DNA from: Halorarum halobium
GTDB lineage: Archaea; Halobacteriota; Halobacteria; Halobacteriales; Haloferacaceae
Length of the DNA: 64,000 nt
Assembly: GCF_032116555.1 (NCBI RefSeq)
Contig: NZ_CP134949.1
Span: 1,116,001-1,180,000, forward strand
Reading direction: 5' to 3'
The notes beneath the pieces were generated by a model. That model searched no databases. It had not been told where the DNA came from and saw nothing but the letters and a program-made list of their open reading frames with translations. The number at the start of each line of letters is the position of its first letter. The first letter of the stretch is position 1. Shown here one piece after another: positions 1 to 9,049 of the stretch. A program made the translations under genes and the position numbers.

Positions 1-23
1 GCCGGGTACCGGCGAGTTCCCGC

Positions 24-1601
24 TCACTCGTCCGCGTCCCGTGCCCAGTCGAGCGAGCGCTCGACCGCCTCGCCCCACCGCTCGTACCGGCTCCCCGTCG
101 TCGCGCCGTCCTCGGGGTCGAACGTCCGGTCAACCCGCCGGTTCGCCCGGAGCGCGTCGAGGTCGTCCCAGTAGCCGACGGCGAGGCCGGCCGCGTAGGC
201 CGCGCCGAGCGCGGTCGTCTCCCGCACGGCCGCGCGGACGACGTCCGCGCCGAGCACGTCCGCCTGCACCTCACAGAGGAAGTCGTTGTCCACCGCGCCG
301 CCGTCGACCCGGAGCGCGTCGAGGTCGACGCCGGCGTCGGCCGCCATCGCGTCGGTCACGTCGCGGGTCAGGAACGCGATGGATTCGAGCGTCGCCCTGA
401 CGACGTGCTCCCGGCGGGTGCCGCGCGTGAGCCCCATAATCGTGCCGCGGGCGCGCTGGTCCCAGTGGGGCGCGCCGAGCCCCGCGAACGCCGGCACGAC
501 GTAGACGCCGTCGGGCGAGTCGACCGACCGCGCGAGCCGTTCCGTCTCGGCGGCGTCACCGACGAGCGAGACGTCCTCGAGCCACTCGACGGCCGCGCCG
601 GTGACGAACATCGACCCCTCCAGCGCGTACTGGACCGGCTCGCCGGAACGCTGGAACGCGACCGTCGTGAGCAGGCCGTGCTCGCTCTCGATCGCCTCCG
701 AACCGGTGTTCAACAGGACGAAGCTCCCGGTGCCGTAGGTGTTCTTCGCGTCGCCCGGGTCGAAGCAGGCCTGGCCGAACAGCGCCGCCTGCTGGTCGCC
801 GAGCGCGCCGGCGACCGGGACCGACGCGCCGAGGAACCCGTCCGGGTCCGTGTGCCCGTAGCGGTCGGCGTCGCTGGAGGGTCGTACTTCGGGGAGACAG
901 CCGCCGGGCACGTCGAACCGCGCGAGCAGGTCGTCGTCCCAGTCGCACTCGTGGACGTCGTACAGCATCGTCCGCGAGGCGTTAGTCACGTCGGTCACGT
1001 GCGCGCCGCCGCCGGTGAGGTTGTAGACGAGCCACGAGTCCACGGTCCCGAACAGTACCTCGCCCGCGGCGGCGCGGGCGCGGAGGGTCCCCTCGTCGTT
1101 CGTGTCGTCGCCGCCTCCGCCTGCATCGCCACCGTCACCCTCCGCCCCATCGCCGCTTGCGTTGTCGAGGAGCCACTCCAGTTTCGTCGCCGAGAAGTAG
1201 GCGTCGGGGTTCAGCCCCGTCTTCGCCCGGATCTCCGCCCCCGTCCCGTCGGCGTCCAGTTCCTCGACGCGCTCGGTGGTGCGGCGGTCCTGCCAGACGA
1301 TCGCCCGGTGGACCGGCTCCCCCGTCGCCGCGTCCCACAGCACCGTCGTCTCGCGCTGGTTCGTCACCCCGATTGCGGCGAGGTCGGCGGCGTCGATGCC
1401 GGCCTCCTCGAGCGCTCCGGCGACGACGAGCTTCGTGTTCGCCCAGAGCTCCGTCGCGTCGTGTTCGACCCAGCCGGGTTCGGGGTAGTGCTGCTCGTGG
1501 GTCTCGTAGGCGGTCGCGCGGGCCCGACCGGCGTGGTCGAACACGACGAACCGGGTCCCGGTCGTCCCCTGGTCGATCGCGCCGACGTATTCCTCGGACA
1601 T
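24..1601 (-). CDS. glpK: Glycerol kinase
   Basis: Real start is MSEEYVGAIDQGTTGTRF (ATG at 1601); FGGY kinase motifs GVTNQRET, WQDRRT, YFSATK, DVTNASRT, GDQQAALFG, KNTYGTG, VDGGA. The upstream part of the 868-aa ORF is GC-rich junk. Confidence 0.95.
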   Translation of the reverse strand: MSEEYVGAIDQGTTGTRFVVFDHAGRARATAYETHEQHYPEPGWVEHDATELWANTKLVVAGALEEAGIDAADLAAIGVTNQRETTVLWDAATGEPVHRAIVWQDRRTTERVEELDADGTGAEIRAKTGLNPDAYFSATKLEWLLDNASGDGAEGDGGDAGGGGDDTNDEGTLRARAAAGEVLFGTVDSWLVYNLTGGGAHVTDVTNASRTMLYDVHECDWDDDLLARFDVPGGCLPEVRPSSDADRYGHTDPDGFLGASVPVAGALGDQQAALFGQACFDPGDAKNTYGTGSFVLLNTGSEAIESEHGLLTTVAFQRSGEPVQYALEGSMFVTGAAVEWLEDVSLVGDAAETERLARSVDSPDGVYVVPAFAGLGAPHWDQRARGTIMGLTRGTRREHVVRATLESIAFLTRDVTDAMAADAGVDLDALRVDGGAVDNDFLCEVQADVLGADVVRAAVRETTALGAAYAAGLAVGYWDDLDALRANRRVDRTFDPEDGATTGSRYERWGEAVERSLDWARDADE

Positions 1602-1756
1602 TGGTTCCCGGCCGCGTCCGCCGAGCGGCGGCGTCCTCGCGCGTCGGCTCCGGCGGCTCGCGGTTTCCAGTACTGGCGACGGCCGGCGAGTTAAGTGTTG
1701 GTCGGGGGCGACCGGGACGCCGACACCGACAAGTCGCCGGCCCCGAACGAACCGGT

Positions 1757-2965
1757 ATGGAGACGGACGTGCTCGTCGTGGGCGGCGGGGCGACCGGCGT
1801 CGGCGTCGCGCGGGACCTGGCGATGCGCGGCGTCGACGTGACGCTCGCCGAGCGCGGCGGCCTCTCGGCCGGAACGACCGGGCGCTCACACGGGGTGCTC
1901 CACTCGGGCGCGCGCTACGCCGAGTCGGACCCCGACGGCGCGGCCGAGTGCATCGAGGAGAACCGGGTTCTGCGGCGGATCGCGGCCGACTGCGTCGCCG
2001 AAACGGGCGGGCTGTTCGTCTCGCTCGCCGGCGACGACGACGGCTACTTCGACCGGAAGCTTGACGCCTGCCGGGAGGTCGGAATCGACGCCGGCGAGAT
2101 CGACGCGCTCCGGGCGCGGCTGAGCGTGGGCGGGCTCGCGGGGGACCTGGAGCGGGCGATGCAGGTCCCAGACGGCGTCGTCTACCCCTCCCGGCTCGTC
2201 GCCGCGACGGCCGACGACGCCAGAGGACACGGCGCGGACGTTCGGACGAACGCGCCCATCGAAGCCGTCCACGTGGCGGACGGGACCGCCACGGGCGCGA
2301 CGGTCGGGGGGACGCGCATCGACGCCGAGGCGGTGGTGAACGCGACCGGCGCGTGGGCGGGCGAGTGTGCCGCGCTCGCCGGGGTCGATCTGCGAATGCG
2401 GCCGACCCGTGGTGTGATGGTCGCGGTCGAGTACCCGACGCTCGGCCCCGTGCTGAACCGCTGTCGGGATCCCGCCGACGGCGACATCGTCGTTCCCCAC
2501 CGGGATCGTGCGGTACTCGGCACGACGAGCGTCGCCGTCGAGGACCCGGACGAGTTCCCCCAGGGAGCGTGGGAAGTCGACCGCGTGATCGAGGAGTGTG
2601 CGGCGATGCTCCCGGGGCTCGCGGACGCACCCGTCCTCGACACCTACTGGGGGGTCAGACCGCTGTACGAACCCGCGGCGGCGGGCGAGGACGAGCGCGG
2701 CATCTCGCGGGACTTCGCGCTCCTCGACCACGCGGACGAGGGCGTCGACCGCTTCTACTCCATCGTGGGCGGGAAGCTCACCACCCACCGCGCGATGGCG
2801 GAGGCGACGGCCGACCGCGTCTGTGCGGACCTCGACGTGGCGGAACCGTGCCGCACGGCCGAGGAACCACTCGCCGCGGCCGGCGACCCCGACCGCCTCG
2901 ACGACCTCGTGGCCGAGTTCGACGCTCGCTCGCCCGCCGACGCCGACGTGGTCGGCTCCGACTGA
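1757..2965 (+). CDS. FAD-dependent oxidoreductase, GlpA-like glycerol-3-phosphate dehydrogenase (short form)
   Basis: METDVLVVGGGATGVGVARDLAMRG, TTGRSHGVLHSGARYA, GGKLTTHRAMAE; divergent from glpK; lacks the C-terminal BFD-like [2Fe-2S] region of full-length GlpA. Confidence 0.85.
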   Translation: METDVLVVGGGATGVGVARDLAMRGVDVTLAERGGLSAGTTGRSHGVLHSGARYAESDPDGAAECIEENRVLRRIAADCVAETGGLFVSLAGDDDGYFDRKLDACREVGIDAGEIDALRARLSVGGLAGDLERAMQVPDGVVYPSRLVAATADDARGHGADVRTNAPIEAVHVADGTATGATVGGTRIDAEAVVNATGAWAGECAALAGVDLRMRPTRGVMVAVEYPTLGPVLNRCRDPADGDIVVPHRDRAVLGTTSVAVEDPDEFPQGAWEVDRVIEECAAMLPGLADAPVLDTYWGVRPLYEPAAAGEDERGISRDFALLDHADEGVDRFYSIVGGKLTTHRAMAEATADRVCADLDVAEPCRTAEEPLAAAGDPDRLDDLVAEFDARSPADADVVGSD

Positions 2966-3062
2966 CCGCGACTCGGACGACCTGACTGGCCAGGAGGACG
3001 GCCGACACCCCATGGCTGCACGAGCGGGTGTCCGGGGAGCGAGGACTAACCGACTTCCCACA

Positions 3063-3187
3063 GGGTGGGAATGGAAGGGGCCGCGGCTCTCGTGGTGCCC
3101 CGACGACGCAAGCACCGCAGGAACGAGGCGAAGCCGAGTGACGAGGAGCGCAGCGAGGCGCGGCCCACGAAGCCGCGGGGGCTTCCA
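3063..3187 (+). repeat. Palindromic intergenic repeat element, copy A
   Basis: GGGTGGGAATGGAAGGGG-stem(CCGCGGCTCTCGTGG)...(CCACGAAGCCGCGG)-GGGCTTCCA; internal blocks are shared with the copies at 18.4 kb and 55.4 kb. Confidence 0.85.
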
Positions 3188-3282
3188 AGCCGTTGTTCGT
3201 GGGCAGGACTATCCTCGTGGCGCCGAACACCGATCAGCACCGACGACGCTTTCCCCCGCGCACCCGACGCACCACCAACCGA

Positions 3283-4026
3283 ATGCCCGCCACAGCCGAC
3301 GACCTCGACGAGTTCGAGGACCGCATCGACCCGGAGGACCCCACGGGGCCGGCCGTCCCGCCGCTGGCGCTCGACATCGACGGCACGCTCACCACGTCGG
3401 CCCACACCGTCGACCCGCGCGTGTTCGAGGTGCTCCCCGAGTGGCCCGCGCCGGTCGTCGTCGCGACCGGGAAGGCGTTTCCCTACCCCGTCGCGCTCTG
3501 TCACTTCGTGGGCATTCCCGAGCGCGTGATCGCCGAGAACGGCGGCGTCGTCTGCGTGGACGGGCAGGTCAGCTACGAGGGCGACCCGGAGCCGGTCCGC
3601 CGCGCGACGGCGGCGTTCCGGGAGCGCGGCGGCGACCTCGGCTGGGACGGGGCCGACACGGTGAACCGCTGGCGGGAGACGGAGGTCGCCGCGCGACGGA
3701 GCGCCGACGAGACGATGCTGCGAGAGCTCGCCGAGGAGTTCGACCTGAACTTCATCGACTCCCAGTACGCCTACCACCTCACCTCCCGCGGCGTGAGCAA
3801 GGGGCGGGCGCTGGAGGCCGCCTGCGAGACCCTCGAACTCGACCCCGAATCGTTCGTCGCGGTCGGCGACAGCGAGAACGACGTCGAACTGTTCGGCGCG
3901 GTCGGCGAGAGCTACGCGGTTGCGAACGCGGACGAGGCCGCGAAGGGGGCCGCGGACCGCGTCCTGGAGGACGGGTTCATGGACGGGACGATGAGCGTGC
4001 TGAACGGGCTGCTCGACCGGGTCTGA
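3283..4026 (+). CDS. HAD-superfamily hydrolase (phosphoglycolate phosphatase / Cof-SPP-like)
   Basis: Motifs LDIDGTLT, VATGK, IAENGG, SKG, VAVGDSENDVELF. Confidence 0.9.
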   Translation: MPATADDLDEFEDRIDPEDPTGPAVPPLALDIDGTLTTSAHTVDPRVFEVLPEWPAPVVVATGKAFPYPVALCHFVGIPERVIAENGGVVCVDGQVSYEGDPEPVRRATAAFRERGGDLGWDGADTVNRWRETEVAARRSADETMLRELAEEFDLNFIDSQYAYHLTSRGVSKGRALEAACETLELDPESFVAVGDSENDVELFGAVGESYAVANADEAAKGAADRVLEDGFMDGTMSVLNGLLDRV

Positions 4027-4081
4027 TTCGCCGGGCGGTTCCCTTTTCGGCCGGGCCTGACGGGCGAGGCGGCCTCGCCGC

Positions 4082-4393
4082 TCACTCGGCCGCGGTCGCG
4101 TCGTCGATCCAGGCCGCAAACGAGTCCGCAACGGCGTCCGGCTCGAACCGTTCGATGCAGGGCGTCTCGTGGGGGTGGAGGTCGGCGACGCGCGCCGCCG
4201 CCTCGGCGACCCGCTCGTCGCTCGTCTTCACCAGCAGCACCGCCTCCCGTTCGTCGACGGTGACCTCGCCGTCCCACCGGTAGGTCGACTCGCAGGGGAC
4301 GCGGTTGACGCAGGCCGCGAGGCGCTCCTCGACAAGCGTTCGCGCGATGTCGGGTGCCGCCTCCGGCGGCGCGGTGACGTACAGCGTCGGCAT
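4082..4393 (-). CDS. cutA: Divalent-cation tolerance protein CutA
   Basis: LVEERLAACVN, STYRWDG, LHPHETPCI. Confidence 0.9.
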   Translation of the reverse strand: MPTLYVTAPPEAAPDIARTLVEERLAACVNRVPCESTYRWDGEVTVDEREAVLLVKTSDERVAEAAARVADLHPHETPCIERFEPDAVADSFAAWIDDATAAE

Positions 4394-4408
4394 CGCACTC
4401 GCCCGCGG

Positions 4409-4585
4409 TCAGGCGCCGCCCTTCTCGAACGGGACGAACGAGCCGTTGATGTCCCACTCGTGGATGCAGTAGACGTCGCCCTCGCCGTCGTCGACGCGCC
4501 AGGCGTCCGCGTCGTCGCTCCAGCGCTCGACCCGGCCGCAGCGCTCGCACTCCCGTCGGTCCGGCCGCCGAATCCGCGTGGACAT
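4409..4585 (-). CDS. HEWD-family small zinc-binding protein
   Basis: MSTRIRRPDRRECERCGR...YCIHEWDINGSFVPFE; CxxC plus CxHEWD. Confidence 0.85.
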   Translation of the reverse strand: MSTRIRRPDRRECERCGRVERWSDDADAWRVDDGEGDVYCIHEWDINGSFVPFEKGGA

Positions 4586-4686
4586 GTCGGTGGGAGGGAC
4601 GTCGCGGGACATAAGCCCACCGTCGGTGGCAGGGGTCGCGGCCGCGCGCCGGCAGAGCCAAGTGCTGGTTGGGCCACCGTGGCGAC

Positions 4687-5007
4687 GTGATCAAAGTCGT
4701 CGAGTTCGTCGTCCGCGCCGAGGGTGACAGCCACGGGGAGTTCGCCGAGTACTGGCTCGAGGAGCACAGCCCCGTCGCGTCGGAACTGCCGGGGCTCGAA
4801 CGCTACGTCACGTCGCTCCCGATAGACCCCGAGCGGGCCGACTACGACGGCGTGCTGGAACTGTACTTCGAGGACCTGGCGGCCTACAAGGAGGCGTTCG
4901 ATTCGGCGGCCGGCGAGCGGACGATGGCCGACGCCGCGGAGTTCCTCGAGGTCGGCGCCGGCCCGCGAATGATCGTCGAGGAGACGGTGCAGGTCGACGA
5001 ACGCTGA
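4687..5007 (+). CDS. EthD-family reductase-like protein
   Basis: GTG start; IKVVEF...FAEYWLEEHSP...LPGLERYVTS...YDGVLELYFED. Confidence 0.8.
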   Translation: MIKVVEFVVRAEGDSHGEFAEYWLEEHSPVASELPGLERYVTSLPIDPERADYDGVLELYFEDLAAYKEAFDSAAGERTMADAAEFLEVGAGPRMIVEETVQVDER

Positions 5008-5011
5008 GGGG

Positions 5012-5595
5012 CTACCCGCTTCCGACGTCGGCACCGCCGGACGCGTCGTCGAGACCGGCGAGGTCGTCGAGATCGGCGCGGACGATCAGTTCGTCCCGCT
5101 CGACGCCGGAGAACGAGGTCTCCCGTTCGCCGACGACCGAGAAGCCGCGCGCGTCGTAGAACGCCCTGCCGACCTCGTTGTCGGCGAGCACGACGGCCGA
5201 GATCCGGTCGCGGTCGCCGACGAACCGCCGGGCGAGTTCGCCGAGCATCGCCGACCCGACGCCGGTGCCCCAGCGGTCGGGGGCGCGTAGATCCGGTCGA
5301 GCACGACGTTCCCGACGGAGCCGCTGTACCGGGCCTGCCCGAACCCGACCACCGCCGGTTCACGGTCGCCCCGGCCGCGGTCCTCCCCGGCGTCCCCGGC
5401 CGATTCGACGGCGACGACCACCTCCGTCTCGTCGTCGCCGATCCGATCGCCGACGCCCGCCGGGTCGTACCACTCGTCCACCGTCGCCTCGATGGCGTCG
5501 TCGGGAAGGAACTCGCCGTAGGCGGCGTGCCAGGCCGCCCGAGCGACCTCGGCGATCCGTCCGGCCTCCCCGCCACGAGCGTCCCTGACGCGCAT
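5012..5595 (-). pseudogene. GNAT N-acetyltransferase, split by a single frameshift near 5279-5283
   Basis: N-half ends ...VLDRIYA; the C-half PDRWGTGVGSAML...VLADNEVGRAFYDARGF is in another frame; span 584 nt is one base short of a multiple of 3. Confidence 0.75.
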
Positions 5596-5669
5596 ACCGG
5601 CTACTGTGCCGGGACGAACAAAACCCCGCCGAACCGAGCGCTTTTCGCCCGCGGGACCCGTCTTTCTCC

Positions 5670-6224
5670 ATGGGTTTTCACACGTACGACGTGGACCGGG
5701 CGGACGCGCTGGAGGACCCGGACCGCTTTCGGTACTGTTCGGCCGAGGAACTGCGCGCGGCGCTGGCGGTCGACACGGACGCGACGGTCGCGGATCTGGG
5801 TAGCGGTACGGGCTTTTATACCGACGTCGTCGCGCCCCACGTCGCCCGCTGTTACGCGGTGGACGTACAGGCGGCGATGCACGACCTGCACCGCGAGAAG
5901 CCGGTTCCAGCCAGCGTCGAGTTCGTCACCGCCGGGGTGGCGGACCTCCCGTTCGCGGACGACGCGCTCGACGCCGCGTTCTCCACGATGACGTACCATG
6001 AGTACGCGAGCGACGCGGCGCTGGCGGAGCTCTCCCGGGTCGTTCGTCCCGGCGGGCGCGTCGTCACCGTCGACTGGACCGCGACCGGGACCGGCGAGTC
6101 GGGGCCGCCGACCGACGAGCGGTTCGCGCTCGGTGCTGCCGTCTCGGCGTTCGAGTCGGCCGGGTTCACCGTGGAGCGCGCGCAGACGCGGGTCGAGACG
6201 TTCCTGCTAGTCGCGCGGCGCTGA
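5670..6224 (+). CDS. Class I SAM-dependent methyltransferase
   Basis: VADLGSGTGFY, AVDVQ, LPFADDALDAAF, RVVRPGGRVVTVDW. Confidence 0.9.
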   Translation: MGFHTYDVDRADALEDPDRFRYCSAEELRAALAVDTDATVADLGSGTGFYTDVVAPHVARCYAVDVQAAMHDLHREKPVPASVEFVTAGVADLPFADDALDAAFSTMTYHEYASDAALAELSRVVRPGGRVVTVDWTATGTGESGPPTDERFALGAAVSAFESAGFTVERAQTRVETFLLVARR

Positions 6225-6302
6225 GTTCGATTTGAGTGAGTTCTCCAGGTTGTTCTCTTCCCTGTTACCGGTGTTTCGGTTCGACTGGCCGGTATCTGGG
6301 CC

Positions 6303-6501
6303 CCTCGAATGCGCTCGTGGCTATCGGTGTGTGTCTCTTCGTCCGTCGCTTCGACTGCCTCGAAAGCCCTCGTGGCCCCTTTCAGTCCCACCCGACGGCT
6401 CCGCACCGCACGGCAGCCACACGCCTCCCCAGCCGATTCGCTCGTTTCACTCGCTCATCCCTCGCGCGATTCGGCCGCCCACAGGGGGCGACCGCCGCGC
6501 G
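6303..6501 (-). repeat. Palindromic intergenic repeat element, copy D (minimal core, upstream module and duplicated end)
   Basis: 6454-6482 and 6414-6440 are exact reverse complements of 55300-55328 (29 nt) and 55361-55387 (27 nt); on the minus strand the core reads GGGTGGGACTGAAAGGGG-CCACGA-GGGCTTTCGAGG. Confidence 0.9.
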
Positions 6502-6532
6502 CCACACCTGCTGCAGTCGCACGGTCACCAAC

Positions 6533-8914
6533 TCACTCCTGTCCGTCCCAGAACCGCTCCAGGCCGAAGCGGAGCATGTCCGGACTGACAGGCTGGAACT
6601 CCTCGCGGGCGGGTTCGGGGAAGTACTCCCGCACCGAGTTCCACGAGTCGCGGGCGTAGCGGGCGTCGACCAGCACGCGGACGCCGACCTCCTCGGGGCC
6701 GCGGATGACGCGCCCGATTGCCTGCCGGGCCTTCCGAACTGCCGGTACCGTGAGCGCGGTTTCGAACCCGTCGCCGAACTCGCGGTCGTACGCCGTCTTG
6801 ACGGCCTTCGTCCGCGGCGACGCGGTGTTGATGATGGGGACGCCACAGACGACGGCCGCCGAGAGCCGGTCGCCGCGGTAGTCGACGCCCTCGGTGAGCG
6901 TCCCGCGGATGCTCGTGACGAGCGTCTTCGCCTCGCCGCCGAAGAACTCCGCCTTCAGGTCCTCGGTCGCGCTGTCGGCGCTCGACTCGTCCACGAGCAC
7001 CGGCGCGTCGGTCCGCTCGTCCAGCACGCCCGCCATCCACTCGGCCTCGCCGTAGCTCGGCATCCCGACGAGCACGTTGCCGGGCGTCGTCCGGACCACC
7101 TCCGCGACGGCGTCGGCGTGGGCCTCTCGCGTCTCGTTCTCCTCGTCGGTGGTCCCGCGGTTGCCGTAGGTGAACTTCGGCGCGTCGACGGCGAGCGACT
7201 CGCGGTTCGAGGCGGGGAACGAGAGCCCGTACGTCCGCTCCTCGACCGGCCGTCCCTCCGACTCGAGGTAGTTCAACCCGGTCACCTCCCGGAACACGGA
7301 CAGCGGCGCGAGCGTCGCCGACATGAGCACGCCGCCGCCGAAGTCGGCGAGGCGGTCGCCGATGGCGTCCGCCGGCACGCAGTTGTGGAGCGCGAGCCGG
7401 GCGTTGTACGCCCGCCGCCAGGAGTCGGGCGGCTCCGTCTCGTCCCAGGTCCGCTCCAGTTCGAGTTCCCGAAAGTACGACTCGTGATCGAGCCGGTACC
7501 AGGCGTTCAGCAGCCGTCCGACCGCGGGCGCGGCGCGCTGAGTCTCCTCCTCCTCGGCCTCGTCGAGCACGCGCTTGACCACGGCGCCGACGTGCTCCGC
7601 GCGGGCCCAGACCTTCTCGCCGTACCCCGCGTCGCTCGCCCACTCGGACAGTTCGTCCTCGGCGGGCACCTCGGGGTCCCGGAGCGGGAGTTCCGCGTCA
7701 CGGAGCTCCGTGAGATCCGCGCGCCAGCCCGGGTGGTCACGTTCGAGGTGGGCGGTCACCCGGCGGTCCACCTCCTCGCGGAGGTCACGGACGAAGTCCC
7801 GGACGAGCTCGAGTTCGCTCAGGCTCACCTCCGCGTCCGAGAGTTCCCCGCGCACGAGGTCCGCGTCGGTCGTCCCCTGCGTTCGCTTCCCCTCGTTCTC
7901 GAAGGCGACCGGCTGGATGACGCGGGTGAGTTCGTTCTCGGCGTCCCGGAGCGTCGCGTCGCCGACGCCGTCTGAGACGAGGTCACGGACCCGCGGTTCG
8001 AGCATGTGCGCCTCGTCGCAGACGACGAACGTCGAGTCGTCGAGCAGCGACCCGGTGAACGTGGCGGCCGTCACCGGGTCGAACGCGTGGTAGTAGTTGC
8101 CGACGACGACTTCGACCTCCGGGATGAGCGCCCCCATCATCGAGTGCGGGCAGGTGCCGTGGCCCGCGGACAGCCGCACGAGTTCGTCGGCGTCGATGAG
8201 CCCCGCGTCAGCGAAGTCGAACGGCACCGCCTCGGCCGGGTCGCCGTCCTCGGGGAGGTCCTCCAGGAACTGCGCGTAGAACGGGCAGAACTCGGTTCCC
8301 TCGCCCGTCGCGCCGCCGCCGTGTTCGGGCAACTGGGGGAGGTACGGCGTCGGCTCGCCGGCTGTTTCGAGGTAGGAGACGCCCGCCTCCCCCGAGTCTG
8401 CGATGCCGGTCTGGGCGCGTCTCGCCTGCTGGACGAGCGCGCCGGCCGTGGCGTCGCCGCCGTCGCCGGCCAGCGCGCGGGTGCGCTCGCGCAGCCCCTC
8501 ACAGCGGTCGTACACGTTCGAGTCGTCGATGCCCGCGCGGTTCTCCCGCGAGTACGGGCAGACGTCCGCCTTCCCGACGAGCGTCATCGCCGAGACGGGT
8601 CGCCAGTCCTCGGGGAGCCCGGCGTTGATCGTTTCGAGGTCCTGTTCGAACTGCCGGAGCTGCTGCTTGACGCTGGTGAGCACGAGCACGCGCTCGAAGT
8701 CGGAGTCCGGGTCGCGGACGAGGTGGATGCCGGCGGTGAGCGCGAGCATCGTCTTCCCGGTTCCGCAGGCGCCCTCCAGCGCCAGGTATCCTGAATCGCG
8801 CGCTGACCGGACGGCAGCCTCCACGCCGTCCTCCTGTTCGGGGTACGGGTCGGCGTGCCCGAACACCGCCCGCCAGTCCTCGGCCTCGGTCACAGTGTGG
8901 GTCGCGTTCGACAC
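6533..8914 (-). CDS. Rad3/XPD-family ATP-dependent DNA helicase (Fe-S)
   Basis: Q motif PYPEQ, Walker A GACGTGKT, CDEAH, MSATL, EGVDY, QAIGRVIR; four candidate Fe-S Cys (DVCPY, DRCEG, FCPFY, TCPHS). Confidence 0.93.
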   Translation of the reverse strand: MSNATHTVTEAEDWRAVFGHADPYPEQEDGVEAAVRSARDSGYLALEGACGTGKTMLALTAGIHLVRDPDSDFERVLVLTSVKQQLRQFEQDLETINAGLPEDWRPVSAMTLVGKADVCPYSRENRAGIDDSNVYDRCEGLRERTRALAGDGGDATAGALVQQARRAQTGIADSGEAGVSYLETAGEPTPYLPQLPEHGGGATGEGTEFCPFYAQFLEDLPEDGDPAEAVPFDFADAGLIDADELVRLSAGHGTCPHSMMGALIPEVEVVVGNYYHAFDPVTAATFTGSLLDDSTFVVCDEAHMLEPRVRDLVSDGVGDATLRDAENELTRVIQPVAFENEGKRTQGTTDADLVRGELSDAEVSLSELELVRDFVRDLREEVDRRVTAHLERDHPGWRADLTELRDAELPLRDPEVPAEDELSEWASDAGYGEKVWARAEHVGAVVKRVLDEAEEEETQRAAPAVGRLLNAWYRLDHESYFRELELERTWDETEPPDSWRRAYNARLALHNCVPADAIGDRLADFGGGVLMSATLAPLSVFREVTGLNYLESEGRPVEERTYGLSFPASNRESLAVDAPKFTYGNRGTTDEENETREAHADAVAEVVRTTPGNVLVGMPSYGEAEWMAGVLDERTDAPVLVDESSADSATEDLKAEFFGGEAKTLVTSIRGTLTEGVDYRGDRLSAAVVCGVPIINTASPRTKAVKTAYDREFGDGFETALTVPAVRKARQAIGRVIRGPEEVGVRVLVDARYARDSWNSVREYFPEPAREEFQPVSPDMLRFGLERFWDGQE

Positions 8915-9049
8915 GGCTTCAGTCCGTCGATGGCCCCGTCTTCGGTGATAAACCTGGGCCGGACGACGGAACTGATCGCGACCCCGGCCGGACGTCTCCC
9001 ATCGCTTGCCGCGGTGCTGCTCTCCTCGTGGATGGGACTCTGCTCCGGC

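Noticed and set aside
1602..2630. Arg-rich N-terminal extension of glpK in the ORF track
   Set aside because: Overlaps the divergent GlpA-like gene and has off-frame composition; the kinase homology starts at ATG 1601.
3063..3187. Repeat copies interpreted as tRNA, simple terminators or small ORFs
   Set aside because: No cloverleaf or T-loop/CCA, no oligo-T tail, and overlapping ORFs are Arg-rich and not conserved in frame between copies.
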